Below are positions 44,922-54,627 of a stretch of 64,000 nucleotides of DNA, piece by piece. Origin of the DNA: an uncultured Actinomycetota bacterium (GTDB lineage Bacteria > Actinomycetota > Actinomycetes > Propionibacteriales > Nocardioidaceae). The position numbers and the translations under genes were made by a program. The notes under the pieces were generated by a model that saw nothing but the letters and a program-made list of their open reading frames with translations, had not been told where the DNA came from and ran no database searches. The first letter of the stretch is position 1. Each line of letters starts with the position of its first letter. The stretch is taken from positions 1,429-65,428 of the forward strand of contig CAVSLP010000009.1 of NCBI GenBank assembly GCA_963728775.1, written 5' to 3'.

Positions 44922-45848
44922 ATGAACCGACCCCCGCTCGCTCCCCCCGCCGCACCGTTCCGGGACCAGGCCGGGGTGGCCACGATCGACCAGCTCGTCG
45001 CGGCGGGGTGGACCCGGTCCGGCGTGGCAGCGCAGACGGCGGCTCGCCGGTGGCAGCGGGTCGGCAGCCGCTGCGTGGTCGCGCACAACTCCGAGCTGAC
45101 CCGGGCCCAGTGGGCCTGGGTCGCGCTCCTCGACCCGCAGGCACCCACCGCCCTCGCCGGGTTCACCGCCCTGGAGGTCGGCGGGTTCCGCTACTTCGGC
45201 GACGAGCCGGAGCCGATCCACGTGGTCGTGCAACGCGGCGCCCGCTACCACCGGTTCCCCGGCGTGCAGGTCCACGAGTCCCGCCGCTTCCACCCCGGGG
45301 ACGTCGTGCGCTCCCACGGGGTGCCGCACCTGCCCTTCGCCAGGTCGGCGCTCGACGCCGGGGCGTGGCAGCCCCGGACCCGCTACGCGTGCGGCGTGCT
45401 GGCGGCCGTCGTACAGCAGCGGATCTGCACCGCCGGCGAGGTATCCGAGGCACTCCCCCGGGTCGGCCGGATCCGGCACAAGCAGGCGATGCGGTTGGCG
45501 CTGCTCGACATCGCCGGGGGCGCGGAGGCGCTCGGCGAGATCGACGTCGCGGCGCTGTGCCGGACGTTCGGCCTGGCGCCGCCGCACCGGCAGACGGTTC
45601 GCCGGGACCGGCACGGGCGCAGGCGCTTCCTCGACTGCGAGTGGGACCTGCCGAGCGGCGCCGTCGTGGTGCTGGAGGTCGACGGCAGCCACCACCTGCT
45701 CGTCGAGCACTGGGAGGCCGACATCAAACGCGAGCGCGGGCTCGTGGTCGGCGGCCGGACGGTGCTGCGCGCGACGGCGCACGAGGTGCGCTACGAGCAG
45801 GGCGACGTCGCCGCCGACCTGCTCGCCGCGGGCGTCCCGCCTCTCTGA
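44922..45848 (+). CDS. DUF559/Vsr-fold endonuclease-like protein with AbiEi-like N-terminal region
   Basis: ATG at 44922: ...GVATIDQLVAAGWTRSGVAAQTAARRWQRVGSRCVV... C-terminal FLDCEWDLPSGAVVVLEVDGSHH....W.AD..RE..L...G..VLR is the DUF559-like core. Confidence 0.65.
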   Translation: MNRPPLAPPAAPFRDQAGVATIDQLVAAGWTRSGVAAQTAARRWQRVGSRCVVAHNSELTRAQWAWVALLDPQAPTALAGFTALEVGGFRYFGDEPEPIHVVVQRGARYHRFPGVQVHESRRFHPGDVVRSHGVPHLPFARSALDAGAWQPRTRYACGVLAAVVQQRICTAGEVSEALPRVGRIRHKQAMRLALLDIAGGAEALGEIDVAALCRTFGLAPPHRQTVRRDRHGRRRFLDCEWDLPSGAVVVLEVDGSHHLLVEHWEADIKRERGLVVGGRTVLRATAHEVRYEQGDVAADLLAAGVPPL

Positions 45849-45898
45849 GTTGTCAGGCGCTGTGAACGCCATGGCGCGCGCAGCGCCTGACAACTCGG
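45845..45898. repeat. palindromic element (copy 2) GAGTTGTCAGGCGCT-N20-AGCGCCTGACAACTC
   Basis: 15-17-bp stem with a 20-nt loop whose 5' part resembles copy 1 (gTgAacgcc vs gAgCacgcc). It sits between the DUF559-like stop and the ABC-2 permease stop. Confidence 0.92.
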
Positions 45899-46687
45899 TC
45901 AGGTGATGTCGCGGCGGGTGGACAGCGCGACGCCGAGCGCCGCGAACAGCACCGCGTAGCCGAGCAGCACCAGGCCGCCGGCCCACCAGTCCAGGTAGTG
46001 CAGCAGCGTGCCCGGGGGACTGGTCAGCGCCGCCGACGCGTTGCTGGGCAGCCACTTGCCGACCCAGTCCAGGTCCAGCGCGTCCAGCCCGAGGCTGGCC
46101 AGCGGCTCGAGCAGGAGGGTGATGAAGACCGCGATCAGGATCGCCGCGACCTGGTTGCGGACCAGCGTGCCGATGCCGATGCCGAGCACCGTCCACAGGG
46201 CGACCGCGACCACCGCGAGCAGGGCCGCCCGCCACAGTCCCGGCGTGCCCAGCCCGAGGCCGTGGCCGCGGACCGCGATCACCACGGCACCCACCACCAG
46301 CGCCGCGGCCAGCGCGACCACCCCGTAGAGCACGCCCATCACCAGGTGCGCGCCCATCTTCGCCACCACCACCCGGCTGCGGCGCGGCGAGGCCAGGAAG
46401 GTCGACGTCACCGTCTGGTAGCGGTACTCCCCGGTCATCCCGGTGATCCCGAGGATCATCGCGAACACGTAGGTCCCGGTGACCACCGAGCCGGCGTAGA
46501 TGCCGCGCAGCGCCTGCGGCGAGTCCAGCCCGGGTGTCCGGGGCTGGCCGGCCCCGGGGTTCATCCCCGCCAGGGCCGCGGAGGCGCCCGCCTGGATCAC
46601 CGTGTAGACGACCGCGCCGATCAGCAGCCCCCACCACAGCCGGGTGGAGCCGATCTTGCGCAGCTCGGAGCGCACCAGTGCGGTCAC
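45899..46687 (-). CDS. ABC-2 type transporter permease
   Basis: GTG at 46687 (GTGA overlap with the ATPase stop): VTALVRSELRKIGSTRLWWGLLIGAVVY..., with 6 TM segments. Confidence 0.8.
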   Translation of the reverse strand: MTALVRSELRKIGSTRLWWGLLIGAVVYTVIQAGASAALAGMNPGAGQPRTPGLDSPQALRGIYAGSVVTGTYVFAMILGITGMTGEYRYQTVTSTFLASPRRSRVVVAKMGAHLVMGVLYGVVALAAALVVGAVVIAVRGHGLGLGTPGLWRAALLAVVAVALWTVLGIGIGTLVRNQVAAILIAVFITLLLEPLASLGLDALDLDWVGKWLPSNASAALTSPPGTLLHYLDWWAGGLVLLGYAVLFAALGVALSTRRDIT

Positions 46688-47586
46688 GAGGGCACCACCG
46701 CCTCCGAGGTCATCTCCAGGAACAGCCGCTCCAGGTCGCCGGCCTCCGGGGTCAGCTCGTGCAGCTCGACACCGTGCAGGTGCGCGAGGTGGCCGACCTG
46801 GTCCGTCGTACACCCGCTGACCCGCAGGCGGCCGTCCACGGCGGTCTCCACCTGGTACGACGCGAGCGCCGCCCGCAGCTGCTCGGGCTGCGGGGTGCGC
46901 ACCAGGACGGCGCGCGGGCCGGTGTCGAGGTCGGCGAGGCGGCCCTGGCGCACCAGCCGCCCGCGGGCGATCACCACCACGTCGTCGACGGTCTGCTGCA
47001 CCTCGGCCAGCACGTGGCTGGAGACCAGCACGGTGCGGCCCTCGGCGGCCAGCGAGCGCAGAAAGCCGCGCAGCCAGGCGATGCCGGCCGGGTCGAGCCC
47101 GTTGGCGGGCTCGTCGAGCAGCAGCACCGGCGGGTCGCCGAGCAGTGCCTGGGCCAGCGCCAGCCGCTGCCGCATGCCGAGGGAGAACCCGCCGACGCGG
47201 CGGTCGGCGACCTCGGTGAGCCCGACCAGCCCCAGCAGCCGGTCGGCGCGGGCGACGTCGATGCGCGCGGCGAGCGCGAGCACCTGCAGGTGGGCCCGGG
47301 CGGAGCGGCCCGGGTGGAAGCCGGACGCCTCGAGGGCGGCACCGACGACGTGCAGCGGGTCCTCGAGGTCGCGGTAGCGCCGGCCGTCGATGGTCGCGGT
47401 GCCGCCGCTGGGCGTGACCAGCCCGAGCAGGCAGCGCAGCGTGGTGGTCTTGCCGGAGCCGTTCGGCCCGAGGAAGCCGGTCACCACGCCGGGCCGCACC
47501 GAGAACGTGAGGTCGTCGAGCGCGGTCACGGTGCCGAACCGCTTGGTCAGCCCGACCACGTCGATCCGGTGCCCCAGGGTCCCCAT
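46684..47586 (-). CDS. ABC transporter ATP-binding protein
   Basis: Walker A GPNGSGKTT, signature FSLGMRQRL, Walker B LLLDEP. ATG at 47586 (the track start at 47598 is TTG). Confidence 0.9.
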   Translation of the reverse strand: MGTLGHRIDVVGLTKRFGTVTALDDLTFSVRPGVVTGFLGPNGSGKTTTLRCLLGLVTPSGGTATIDGRRYRDLEDPLHVVGAALEASGFHPGRSARAHLQVLALAARIDVARADRLLGLVGLTEVADRRVGGFSLGMRQRLALAQALLGDPPVLLLDEPANGLDPAGIAWLRGFLRSLAAEGRTVLVSSHVLAEVQQTVDDVVVIARGRLVRQGRLADLDTGPRAVLVRTPQPEQLRAALASYQVETAVDGRLRVSGCTTDQVGHLAHLHGVELHELTPEAGDLERLFLEMTSEAVVPS

Positions 47587-47647
47587 GGCTCCATCCAACC
47601 AAACCGGGCCGGGTGTCCGTCCGGAAACCGAGGCGTGGCGCCGGCCG

Positions 47648-48337
47648 CTACAGCCTGCGGACGAAGAGGTGCTGGGCGAGCTCGACGTCGATCTCGGCGG
47701 TCTCCCCGCCGCTGCCGAGCAGCACGCCCCCGGCCCCGGCGGTCACCGTGACGACCTTGTCGGGCAGCGCCCCGATGCGCCGCAGGGCGGCCATCATCGT
47801 CTCGTCCTTCTGCATCTCCTCGCTGATCCGGCGCACCAGCACCCGGACCTGGGCGGCACCGTCGACGACCGCGTCCAGCGGCTCGACGTCGGCCATGAAA
47901 TCCTCGCCGTCGCCGTTCTCGCCGAGCTCGTGCAGGCCGGGGATCGGGTTGCCGTAGGGCGACTCGGTGGGGTGGTCGAGCAGCGCCACGAGCCGACGCT
48001 CGACGGTCTCCGACATCACGTGCTCCCACCGGCAGGCCTCGGCGTGCACCAGCTCCCAGTCCAGGCCGATCACGTCGGTGAGCAGCCGCTCGGCGAGCCG
48101 GTGCTTGCGCATCACCCGGGTGGCGAGCCGGTGTCCCTCGTCGGTGAGCTCGAGGTGCCGGTCCCCCTCGACGGTGAGCAGCCCGTCCCGCTCCATCCGG
48201 GCCACCGTCTGGCTGACCGTCGGGCCGCTCTGGTGCAGCCGCTCGGCGATCCGGGCACGCAGCGGCACGATGCCCTCCTCGACCAGCTCATAGATGGTGC
48301 GGAGGTACATCTCGGTGGTGTCGATGAGGTCACTCAC
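47648..48337 (-). CDS. ideR: iron-dependent transcriptional repressor IdeR/DtxR
   Basis: GTG at 48337: VSDLIDTTEMYLRTIYELVEEGIVPLRARIAERLHQSGPTVSQTVARMERDGLL...HRLAERLL..V.GL.W..VH.EACRWEHVMS. A C-terminal SH3-like domain follows. Confidence 0.92.
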   Translation of the reverse strand: MSDLIDTTEMYLRTIYELVEEGIVPLRARIAERLHQSGPTVSQTVARMERDGLLTVEGDRHLELTDEGHRLATRVMRKHRLAERLLTDVIGLDWELVHAEACRWEHVMSETVERRLVALLDHPTESPYGNPIPGLHELGENGDGEDFMADVEPLDAVVDGAAQVRVLVRRISEEMQKDETMMAALRRIGALPDKVVTVTAGAGGVLLGSGGETAEIDVELAQHLFVRRL

Positions 48338-48397
48338 CCCTCCATTGTGGCGCACGGTGCGGCCCGGCCCTCCCCGCCCACCTGGCACAGTGGACGC

Positions 48398-49753
48398 GTG
48401 GGTGCGACGAGCGTGATGTGGTTCCGGCGGGACCTGCGGCTGGCCGACAACCCGGCCCTGGTCGAGGCCACCGCCTCGGCCGGCGTGCTCCCGTTGTTCG
48501 TGCTCGACCCCGCGCTGTGGGGGCCCGCCGGGGCCCCGCGAAGGGCCTACCTGTGCGCGTCGCTGCGCGCCCTGGACGCGTCCCTGCGCCGCCGGCGCAC
48601 CCGGCTGTCGGTGCTGCGCGGCGACCCGGTCCGCCAGGTGCTGCGCGCGGCCCGGGAGGTGGGCGCGACCCGGGTCCACGTGGCGGCCGACTTCGGGCCC
48701 TACGGCCGCCGGCGCGACGCCGAGGTGGCCCGCGCCCTGGCCGAGCACGGCATCGAGCTGGTGCGCACCGGGTCGCCGTACGCCGTGGCACCGGGTCGGG
48801 TCAGCAACGGCTCGGGGGACCCCTACCGGGTGTTCACGCCGTTCTCCCGGGCCTGGGCCGAGCACGGCTGGCGGCAGCCGATCGACGCGCCCACCGGCGG
48901 CCACTGGCTGCAGGTCGACGGCGTCGACGTCCCCGAGCCGCGGCTGCCCGGGGGCCTCGAGCTCCCCGAGGCCGGTGAGCGGGCCGCCGCCCGCCGCTGG
49001 TCCGGGTACGTCGACTCCGCGCTCGGCGACTACGCGGAGCACCGGGACCGCCCCGACCTGGACGCCACCTCGCGGATGTCGGTGCACCTGAAGTGGGGGG
49101 AGATCCACCCCCGCACGATGCTGGCCGACCTCGCCCGCCACCGCGGCACGGGCGCCGCGGCCTACCGCACCGAGCTGGCCTGGCGCGAGTTCTACGCCGA
49201 CGTGCTCTTCCACCGGCCGGAGACCGCCCGGGAGTACCTGCGCCCGGAGTTCGCCGCGATGCCGTACGACGAGCCGGGCGCGCGTCTCGACGCCTGGCGC
49301 GAGGGTCGCACCGGCTACCCGGTGGTGGACGCGGGGATGCGCCAGCTGCGGGCCCGCGGCTGGATGCACAACCGGGTGCGGATGATCGTGGCCAGCTTCC
49401 TGGTCAAGGACCTGCACCTGGAGTGGCAGCACGGGGCGCGGCACTTCATGCGCTGGCTGGTCGACGGGGACCTGGCCTCCAACCAGCACGGGTGGCAGTG
49501 GACCGCCGGGTGCGGCACCGACGCGGCGCCGTACTTCCGGGTGTTCAACCCGGTCACCCAGGGCGCGAAGTTCGACCCCGACGGTGACTACGTGCGACGG
49601 TGGGTCCCCGAGCTCGCGGACGTGCCGACCAGGTACGTCCACGAGCCGTGGGAGAGCCCCGGCGGCACGCCGACGGGCTACCCCGACCCGATCGTGGACC
49701 ACAAGCAGGAGCGCCGCGAGGCGCTGGAACGGTACGAGCACCTCAAGCGATGA
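48398..49753 (+). CDS. phr: deoxyribodipyrimidine photo-lyase (CPD photolyase)
   Basis: VMWFRRDLRLADNPAL...TSRMSVHLKWGEI...WREFY...GYPVVDAGMRQL...GWMHNRVRMIVASFL...WQWTAG.G.DAAPYFR.FNP. An ATG at 48416 is an alternative start. Confidence 0.92.
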   Translation: MGATSVMWFRRDLRLADNPALVEATASAGVLPLFVLDPALWGPAGAPRRAYLCASLRALDASLRRRRTRLSVLRGDPVRQVLRAAREVGATRVHVAADFGPYGRRRDAEVARALAEHGIELVRTGSPYAVAPGRVSNGSGDPYRVFTPFSRAWAEHGWRQPIDAPTGGHWLQVDGVDVPEPRLPGGLELPEAGERAAARRWSGYVDSALGDYAEHRDRPDLDATSRMSVHLKWGEIHPRTMLADLARHRGTGAAAYRTELAWREFYADVLFHRPETAREYLRPEFAAMPYDEPGARLDAWREGRTGYPVVDAGMRQLRARGWMHNRVRMIVASFLVKDLHLEWQHGARHFMRWLVDGDLASNQHGWQWTAGCGTDAAPYFRVFNPVTQGAKFDPDGDYVRRWVPELADVPTRYVHEPWESPGGTPTGYPDPIVDHKQERREALERYEHLKR

Positions 49754-50532
49754 ACACCACGCCCGACGAGCTGAGCATCCCCCAGCGCTACCGCGGACCC
49801 GCCAGGTCCGGCAACGGCGGCTTCACCGCCGGCACCCTTGCCGAGCAGCTGCCCGCCGGCGACACGCCCAGCACCGTCGAGGTGACGCTGCGCCGGCCGC
49901 CGCCGCTCGAGGTGGCGATGGCCGTGCGCCACCTCGCGGCCGACGACCCGGACAACGCGGGCGACGCACCGCTGACCGTGCTGTCCACCGACGGCGAGCG
50001 GGTCGCCGAGGCGCGGGTGGTCGACCGGGAGCTCACCCCGGTCGAGGCGGTGACCGCCGACGCCGCGGGGGCGGCGATGGCGAGCTACGCGGGGCTGCGG
50101 CAACACCCGTTCGGGGGCTGCTTCGCCTGCGGTCCGGACCGCGCGGAGGGCGACGGGCTGCGGATCTTCCCCGGGCCGGTCGCGCCGGACACGGTGGCCT
50201 CGCTGTGGTCGCCGCACGAGAGCCTGGCCGAGTCCAGCGACCTGCTCGACGGCGGGCTCGCCCGGGTCGGGGTCGGCACCACCTGGGCGGCGCTGGACTG
50301 CGTCGGCGGCTGGTCGGAGGACCTCGAGGGCCGGCCGATGGTGCTCGGCCGGATGACCGCACGGGTGGACGCGCTGCCGGTCGTCGGCGAGCAGCACGTC
50401 GTGGTCGGCCGCCGGCTGCGCGCGGACGGCCGCAAGACGTTCACCGCGAGCACCCTCTACGACTCCGACGGCCGGGTGGTGGCCACCGCCGAGCACGTCT
50501 GGATCGCGGTCGACCCCGACGCGTTCAACTGA
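49750..50532 (+). CDS. hotdog-fold (PaaI thioesterase-like) protein
   Basis: ATGA overlap with the phr stop. HPFGGCFACGPDRAEGDGLRIFPG... is a typical zinc-ribbon-like insert plus hotdog pattern. Confidence 0.55.
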   Translation: MNTTPDELSIPQRYRGPARSGNGGFTAGTLAEQLPAGDTPSTVEVTLRRPPPLEVAMAVRHLAADDPDNAGDAPLTVLSTDGERVAEARVVDRELTPVEAVTADAAGAAMASYAGLRQHPFGGCFACGPDRAEGDGLRIFPGPVAPDTVASLWSPHESLAESSDLLDGGLARVGVGTTWAALDCVGGWSEDLEGRPMVLGRMTARVDALPVVGEQHVVVGRRLRADGRKTFTASTLYDSDGRVVATAEHVWIAVDPDAFN

Positions 50533-50713
50533 CCCCGCCCACGGTGGTACCGCGGCTGCCCCTGTCCAGCCACGGGCCCACGCGTCCTTGACGGTGCACC
50601 CCCGCGGTACCCCGGCCTCGCCGGCCTAATCACCGGTTCCCGGACGCAGTTCGGCGACCCGATCCCGGGTGTACGACGTGCAATCGACTGCTCCGGGATG
50701 TAGAAAGTGACCC

Positions 50714-51355
50714 ATGGACCAGAGCCCGATCCGAGTGTTCCTCCTCGACGACCACGAGGTGGTGCGGCGAGGGCTGCGCGACCTGCTCGAGGGCGAGGGC
50801 GACATCGAGGTCGTCGGGGAGGCCGGCACGGCCTCCGAGGCGACCGCCCGGATCCCGGCGCTGCGGCCGCACGTGGCCGTCCTGGACGCCCGGCTGCCCG
50901 ACGGCAGCGGCATCGACGTGTGCCGCGACGTCCGCTCGGTGGACCCGACGATCAAGGCGCTGATCCTGACCAGCTACGACGACGACGAGGCGCTGTTCGC
51001 GGCGATCCTGGCCGGCGCCGCCGGCTACGTGCTCAAGCAGATCGGCAGCAACGACCTGATCGAGGGTGTCCGCCGGGTCGCCGCCGGGCAGTCGCTGATC
51101 GACCCGGCGCTCACCGCGCGGGTGCTCGACCGGGTCCGCAACGGGCCGGAGGAGCACGAGGAGCTGTCCGGGCTCACCGACCAGGAACGCAAGATCCTGG
51201 CGCTGATCGCCGAGGGCCTGACCAACCGGCAGATCGGCGAGCGGATGTTCCTCGCCGAGAAGACGGTCAAGAACTACGTCTCGAGCATCCTCGCGAAGCT
51301 CGGCCTGGAGCGGCGCACCCAGGCCGCGGTGCTCGCCTCCAAGCTGCTGCGCTGA
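50714..51355 (+). CDS. LuxR/NarL-family two-component response regulator, DosR/DevR-like
   Basis: [20 protein letters not shown]...[18 protein letters not shown] is the receiver domain. [44 protein letters not shown] is the LuxR HTH. Confidence 0.88.
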   Translation: MDQSPIRVFLLDDHEVVRRGLRDLLEGEGDIEVVGEAGTASEATARIPALRPHVAVLDARLPDGSGIDVCRDVRSVDPTIKALILTSYDDDEALFAAILAGAAGYVLKQIGSNDLIEGVRRVAAGQSLIDPALTARVLDRVRNGPEEHEELSGLTDQERKILALIAEGLTNRQIGERMFLAEKTVKNYVSSILAKLGLERRTQAAVLASKLLR

Positions 51356-51369
51356 GGGACCAACGTCCC
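51356..51369. promoter_or_regulatory. DosR-box-like palindrome GGGAC-CAAC-GTCCC
   Basis: Perfect 5-bp arms with a 4-nt spacer, immediately after the regulator stop and 88 nt upstream of the DoxX-USP operon start. The core matches the mycobacterial DosR motif GGGAC-TWWA-GTCCC as I recall it. Confidence 0.5.
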
Positions 51370-51456
51370 AGACACTGGTGCCCGTCGACCCTGAACCGGT
51401 CGGTCCTCCCGGCGAGACGCTGAGCGCGTCAGAAGGTAGTAACCGGGAGGCACACC

Positions 51457-52062
51457 ATGAGTACCATTCCTCGCCGCCATGAAGCCGAGCTGGCCAACGT
51501 CATGCTCGAGAGCGACGTCGTCACCCACTCCGCGGCCCGCAAGGGGCTGGCCGCGCTGCGCATCGCCTACGGGCTCACGTTCCTGTGGGCGTTCTTCGAC
51601 AAGCTGCTCGCGCTCGGCTTCCACACCGGCGCGATCACCAACGACGCCGGCGTGAAGACCGGGGTCGACTACTTTGGTCCCGCCGCGTGGATCAACGGTG
51701 GCAGCCCCACCGAGGGCTTCTTGAAGTTCGGCGTGCAGGACAGCAACCCGTTCCAGGGCTTCTACAACAGCATCGGTGGCACCTGGGGTGCCGACTGGCT
51801 GTTCATGATCGGCCTGCTCGGCATCGGCCTGGCCCTGACCTTCGGGTTCGGCATGCGGGTGGCCGCCGCCACCGGCGCGCTGCTCTACCTCCTGATGTGG
51901 ACCGCCAGCCTGCCGCTGGAAACCAACCCGGTCATCGACGACCACGTCATCGGCTTCATCGTGGTGATCGTCCTCGCGCTGACCCTGGCGGGCGACACCT
52001 GGGGCGTCGGCAAGCGGTGGGCGCAGACCCACCTGGTCCGGCGGTACCCGGTACTGCGGTGA
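51457..52062 (+). CDS. DoxX-like membrane protein
   Basis: GGGAGG SD. LAALRIAYGLTFLWAFFDKLLALGF..., about 4 TM segments. Confidence 0.6.
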   Translation: MSTIPRRHEAELANVMLESDVVTHSAARKGLAALRIAYGLTFLWAFFDKLLALGFHTGAITNDAGVKTGVDYFGPAAWINGGSPTEGFLKFGVQDSNPFQGFYNSIGGTWGADWLFMIGLLGIGLALTFGFGMRVAAATGALLYLLMWTASLPLETNPVIDDHVIGFIVVIVLALTLAGDTWGVGKRWAQTHLVRRYPVLR

Positions 52063-52961
52063 CCGAGACCACGCTCGACCCGACGACCGACGAGTGGGCG
52101 AACCACTCGCCGGTCGTCGTCGGCGTCGACGGGTCCGAGCACAACCGCGCCGCCGTGGCCTGGGCCGCCCATGAGGCCGCGCGCACCGGGGCCGAGCTGG
52201 TGCTGGTGACCGCCGTCCACGGGGACGGCCCGCGGCTGCGCCCGTCGGTCCGCGCCGTGGAGCGCAACGCCCGCACGATGCTGGACCGGGCCGCGGACAA
52301 GCTGACCGAGACCGTTCCGGTCGAGCGGCTGGACAGCCAGGTGGTGTCCGGCCGTCCCGAGGAGGTCCTGCTCACCCGGTTCCCCGAGGCCCGGCTGGTC
52401 GTGGTCGGCAAGCGCGGGCTGGGGGCGATCTCCCGCCTGATCGTCGGATCCACCTCCCTGGCCGTCGCCGGCCGGTCGCACTCCGTGGTCGCGGTCGTGC
52501 CGGACACCTGGACCCAGCACGGCCACGAGCGGCTGCCGCTCGTGGTGGGCCTGGACCCCTACCGCCCGCACCACCGGCTGATGCACCTGGCGTTCCGCAG
52601 GGCCGAGCACCTCGACGTACCCCTGGTCGCCGTGCACGGGTGGGAGACACCCGCGTCCTCGCTGATGGGCGGGCCGGCCGTCGACGAGGGGGTGGCGCAG
52701 TGGAAGGCCGACGCGCGCGCGGAGTTCGACGAGGTCGTGGAGGCCTGGGCCAAACGCTTCCCGCACGTCCGGCTGAGCACCGTGCGGTCCGACCTGCACC
52801 CGGCGACGGCGGTGCTCGAGGCCGCCGAGCGCGCCCAGCTGCTGATCCTCGGCCGGCACGCGAGCAGCCGGTTCTCCGGCTTCGCGTTCGGCTCGGTCAC
52901 CCGTGCGGTGCTGCACTACGCCGACTGTCCGGTGCTGGTGGTGCCCACCGACGAGCTCTGA
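52059..52961 (+). CDS. universal stress protein, tandem USP domains
   Basis: GTGA overlap with the previous gene. PVVVGVDGSEHNRAAVAWAAHEA...LVVVGKRGLGAISRLIVGSTS...second domain ...LLILGRHASSRFSGFAFGSVTRAVLHYADCPVLVVP. Confidence 0.85.
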   Translation: MTETTLDPTTDEWANHSPVVVGVDGSEHNRAAVAWAAHEAARTGAELVLVTAVHGDGPRLRPSVRAVERNARTMLDRAADKLTETVPVERLDSQVVSGRPEEVLLTRFPEARLVVVGKRGLGAISRLIVGSTSLAVAGRSHSVVAVVPDTWTQHGHERLPLVVGLDPYRPHHRLMHLAFRRAEHLDVPLVAVHGWETPASSLMGGPAVDEGVAQWKADARAEFDEVVEAWAKRFPHVRLSTVRSDLHPATAVLEAAERAQLLILGRHASSRFSGFAFGSVTRAVLHYADCPVLVVPTDEL

Positions 52962-52970
52962 GCATCCTGC

Positions 52971-54557
52971 TCAGCTCTCGAGCGGGACCTGCCACTCGAC
53001 GCGGGTGCCGTGCGGCTCCTCCGGGAGCATCCGCACGGCGCCCCCGTGCTCGACGGCGCGCCGCCGCACGTTGCGCAGCCCGCTCTCGTGCCGCTCCTCG
53101 GGCAGCCCCTTGCCGTTGTCGGTGACCCGGAGCACCAGCTGGCCGTCGGTGGTCTCGACCTCCACGACCGCCGCGCTCGCCTCGGCGTGCCGGGCCACGT
53201 TGGACAGCGCCTCGCGCAGCACCGCGAGCAGCTGCTCGCCGAGCTTGCGCGGGACCGCGGAGTCCAACGGGCCGGTGGTGCGCACCAGTGGCGTGAAGCC
53301 CAGCACCGGGACGTACTCCTTGGCCACCCCGCGCACGTCCGCGCGCAGGGACAGCTCGTGGCTGTGCTGCAGCTCGAAGATCGTGGACCGGATGTCGCGG
53401 ATCGTGACGTCGAGCTCGCCCACCGCGGAGTCCAGCCGCTCCTTGACCTCGTCGCTGAGCGCGATCCGCCGGGCCCCCTGCAGCTGCAGCCCGGTCGCGA
53501 AGAGCCGCTGGATGACCAGGTCGTGCAGGTCCCGCGCGATCCGGTCCCGGTCGGCGACCAGCATCAGCTCCTGGCGGTCCGACAGCGCCTGTGCCCGGTC
53601 CAGGGCCAGCGACGCCTGGTCCGCGAACGACGACAGCAGCTCGGCCTCCTCGGCCTCCAGCGCACCGCGGCCGCCCTCGAGGACGACCAGCAGCACACCG
53701 TTGACGGCCACGTGGGCACGCAGCGGCACCAGGACCACGGTGCGCTCGCTGCCCCGGGGCACCACGACCAGGTCACCGTCCTCCTCGGCGCGCTCGATGT
53801 GCTCGGCGAACGCGTCCACGAGCGGAGCGATCTGACCACCCCCGGCCCCGTCCACCGCGGCCACGGTGAACGCCCCGTTGGTGCCCTGCACCACGCCGAC
53901 GCTGGTCGCCCCGGACGCGCGGCGGGCGCCGATCGCGATCTGCCGCAGGGCGTCGTCGAGCCGGATCGGCGGCTGCAGCGCGTCGGCGATGTGGGCGGAC
54001 GCCTCCAGCCACTGCCGGCGACGCTCGCTCTGGGCGTAGGCACGGGCGTTCTCGATCACGAAGCCGGCGGTCTTCGCGAGCGCCTCCACCAGCCGCTCGT
54101 CGTGCTCGGTGAACTCCTCGCCCTCCGGCTTCTCGGTCAGGTAGAGGTTGCCGAAGACGGTGCCGCGGATCCGCACCGGCACCCCGAGGAAGCTGTCCAT
54201 CGGCGGGTGGTTCGCCGGGAAGCCGTAGGACCTCGGGTGCTCCGCGAGGTGCTTGAGCCGCAGCGGCTCGGGGTGGTCGATGAGCAGGCCGAGGATGCCG
54301 TGCCCGCGTGGCAGGTCCCCGATCGCCGCGTGCGCGGCGGCGTCGATCCCGGTGGTGACGAAGTCGACCAGCCCGCCGGCGTTGCCGAGCACCCCGAGGG
54401 CGCCGTACCGGGCGCCGGTGATCTCACAGGCCGCCTCCACGATCCGGTCCAGCACGCTGTGCAGGTCCAGGTCCGAGCTGATCGCCATCACGGCGTCGAG
54501 CAGGGCCTGGGCGTTGCGGGGCAGGTCCAGGCCGTCGGTGGTCACCACGTCGTCCAT
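52971..54557 (-). CDS. GAF-GAF sensor histidine kinase, DevS/DosS/DosT-like
   Basis: Two GAF-like regions (ITGARYGALGVL...FPANHPPMDSFLGVPVRIRGTVFGNLYLTEK), HisKA_3 (DRDRIARDLHDLVIQRLFATGLQL), and HATPase (LREALSNVARHA...DNGKG). Confidence 0.88.
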   Translation of the reverse strand: MDDVVTTDGLDLPRNAQALLDAVMAISSDLDLHSVLDRIVEAACEITGARYGALGVLGNAGGLVDFVTTGIDAAAHAAIGDLPRGHGILGLLIDHPEPLRLKHLAEHPRSYGFPANHPPMDSFLGVPVRIRGTVFGNLYLTEKPEGEEFTEHDERLVEALAKTAGFVIENARAYAQSERRRQWLEASAHIADALQPPIRLDDALRQIAIGARRASGATSVGVVQGTNGAFTVAAVDGAGGGQIAPLVDAFAEHIERAEEDGDLVVVPRGSERTVVLVPLRAHVAVNGVLLVVLEGGRGALEAEEAELLSSFADQASLALDRAQALSDRQELMLVADRDRIARDLHDLVIQRLFATGLQLQGARRIALSDEVKERLDSAVGELDVTIRDIRSTIFELQHSHELSLRADVRGVAKEYVPVLGFTPLVRTTGPLDSAVPRKLGEQLLAVLREALSNVARHAEASAAVVEVETTDGQLVLRVTDNGKGLPEERHESGLRNVRRRAVEHGGAVRMLPEEPHGTRVEWQVPLES

Positions 54558-54627
54558 GAGCCGCAGCCTAGTTGCTCGGCGGCGCCCCGAGGCGCGGCCG
54601 GGACGGAAGCCCGGGGTCAGCGCGGGG

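Noticed and set aside
43975-45848. Sir2 plus nuclease-like neighbour as an anti-phage defence pair (Thoeris/DSR-like)
   Set aside because: The Sir2 protein is a short canonical CobB-type deacylase with a zinc-ribbon and lacks extra domains. The neighbour is separated by a strong hairpin and appears independently inserted. No ThsB/TIR or helicase partner is present.
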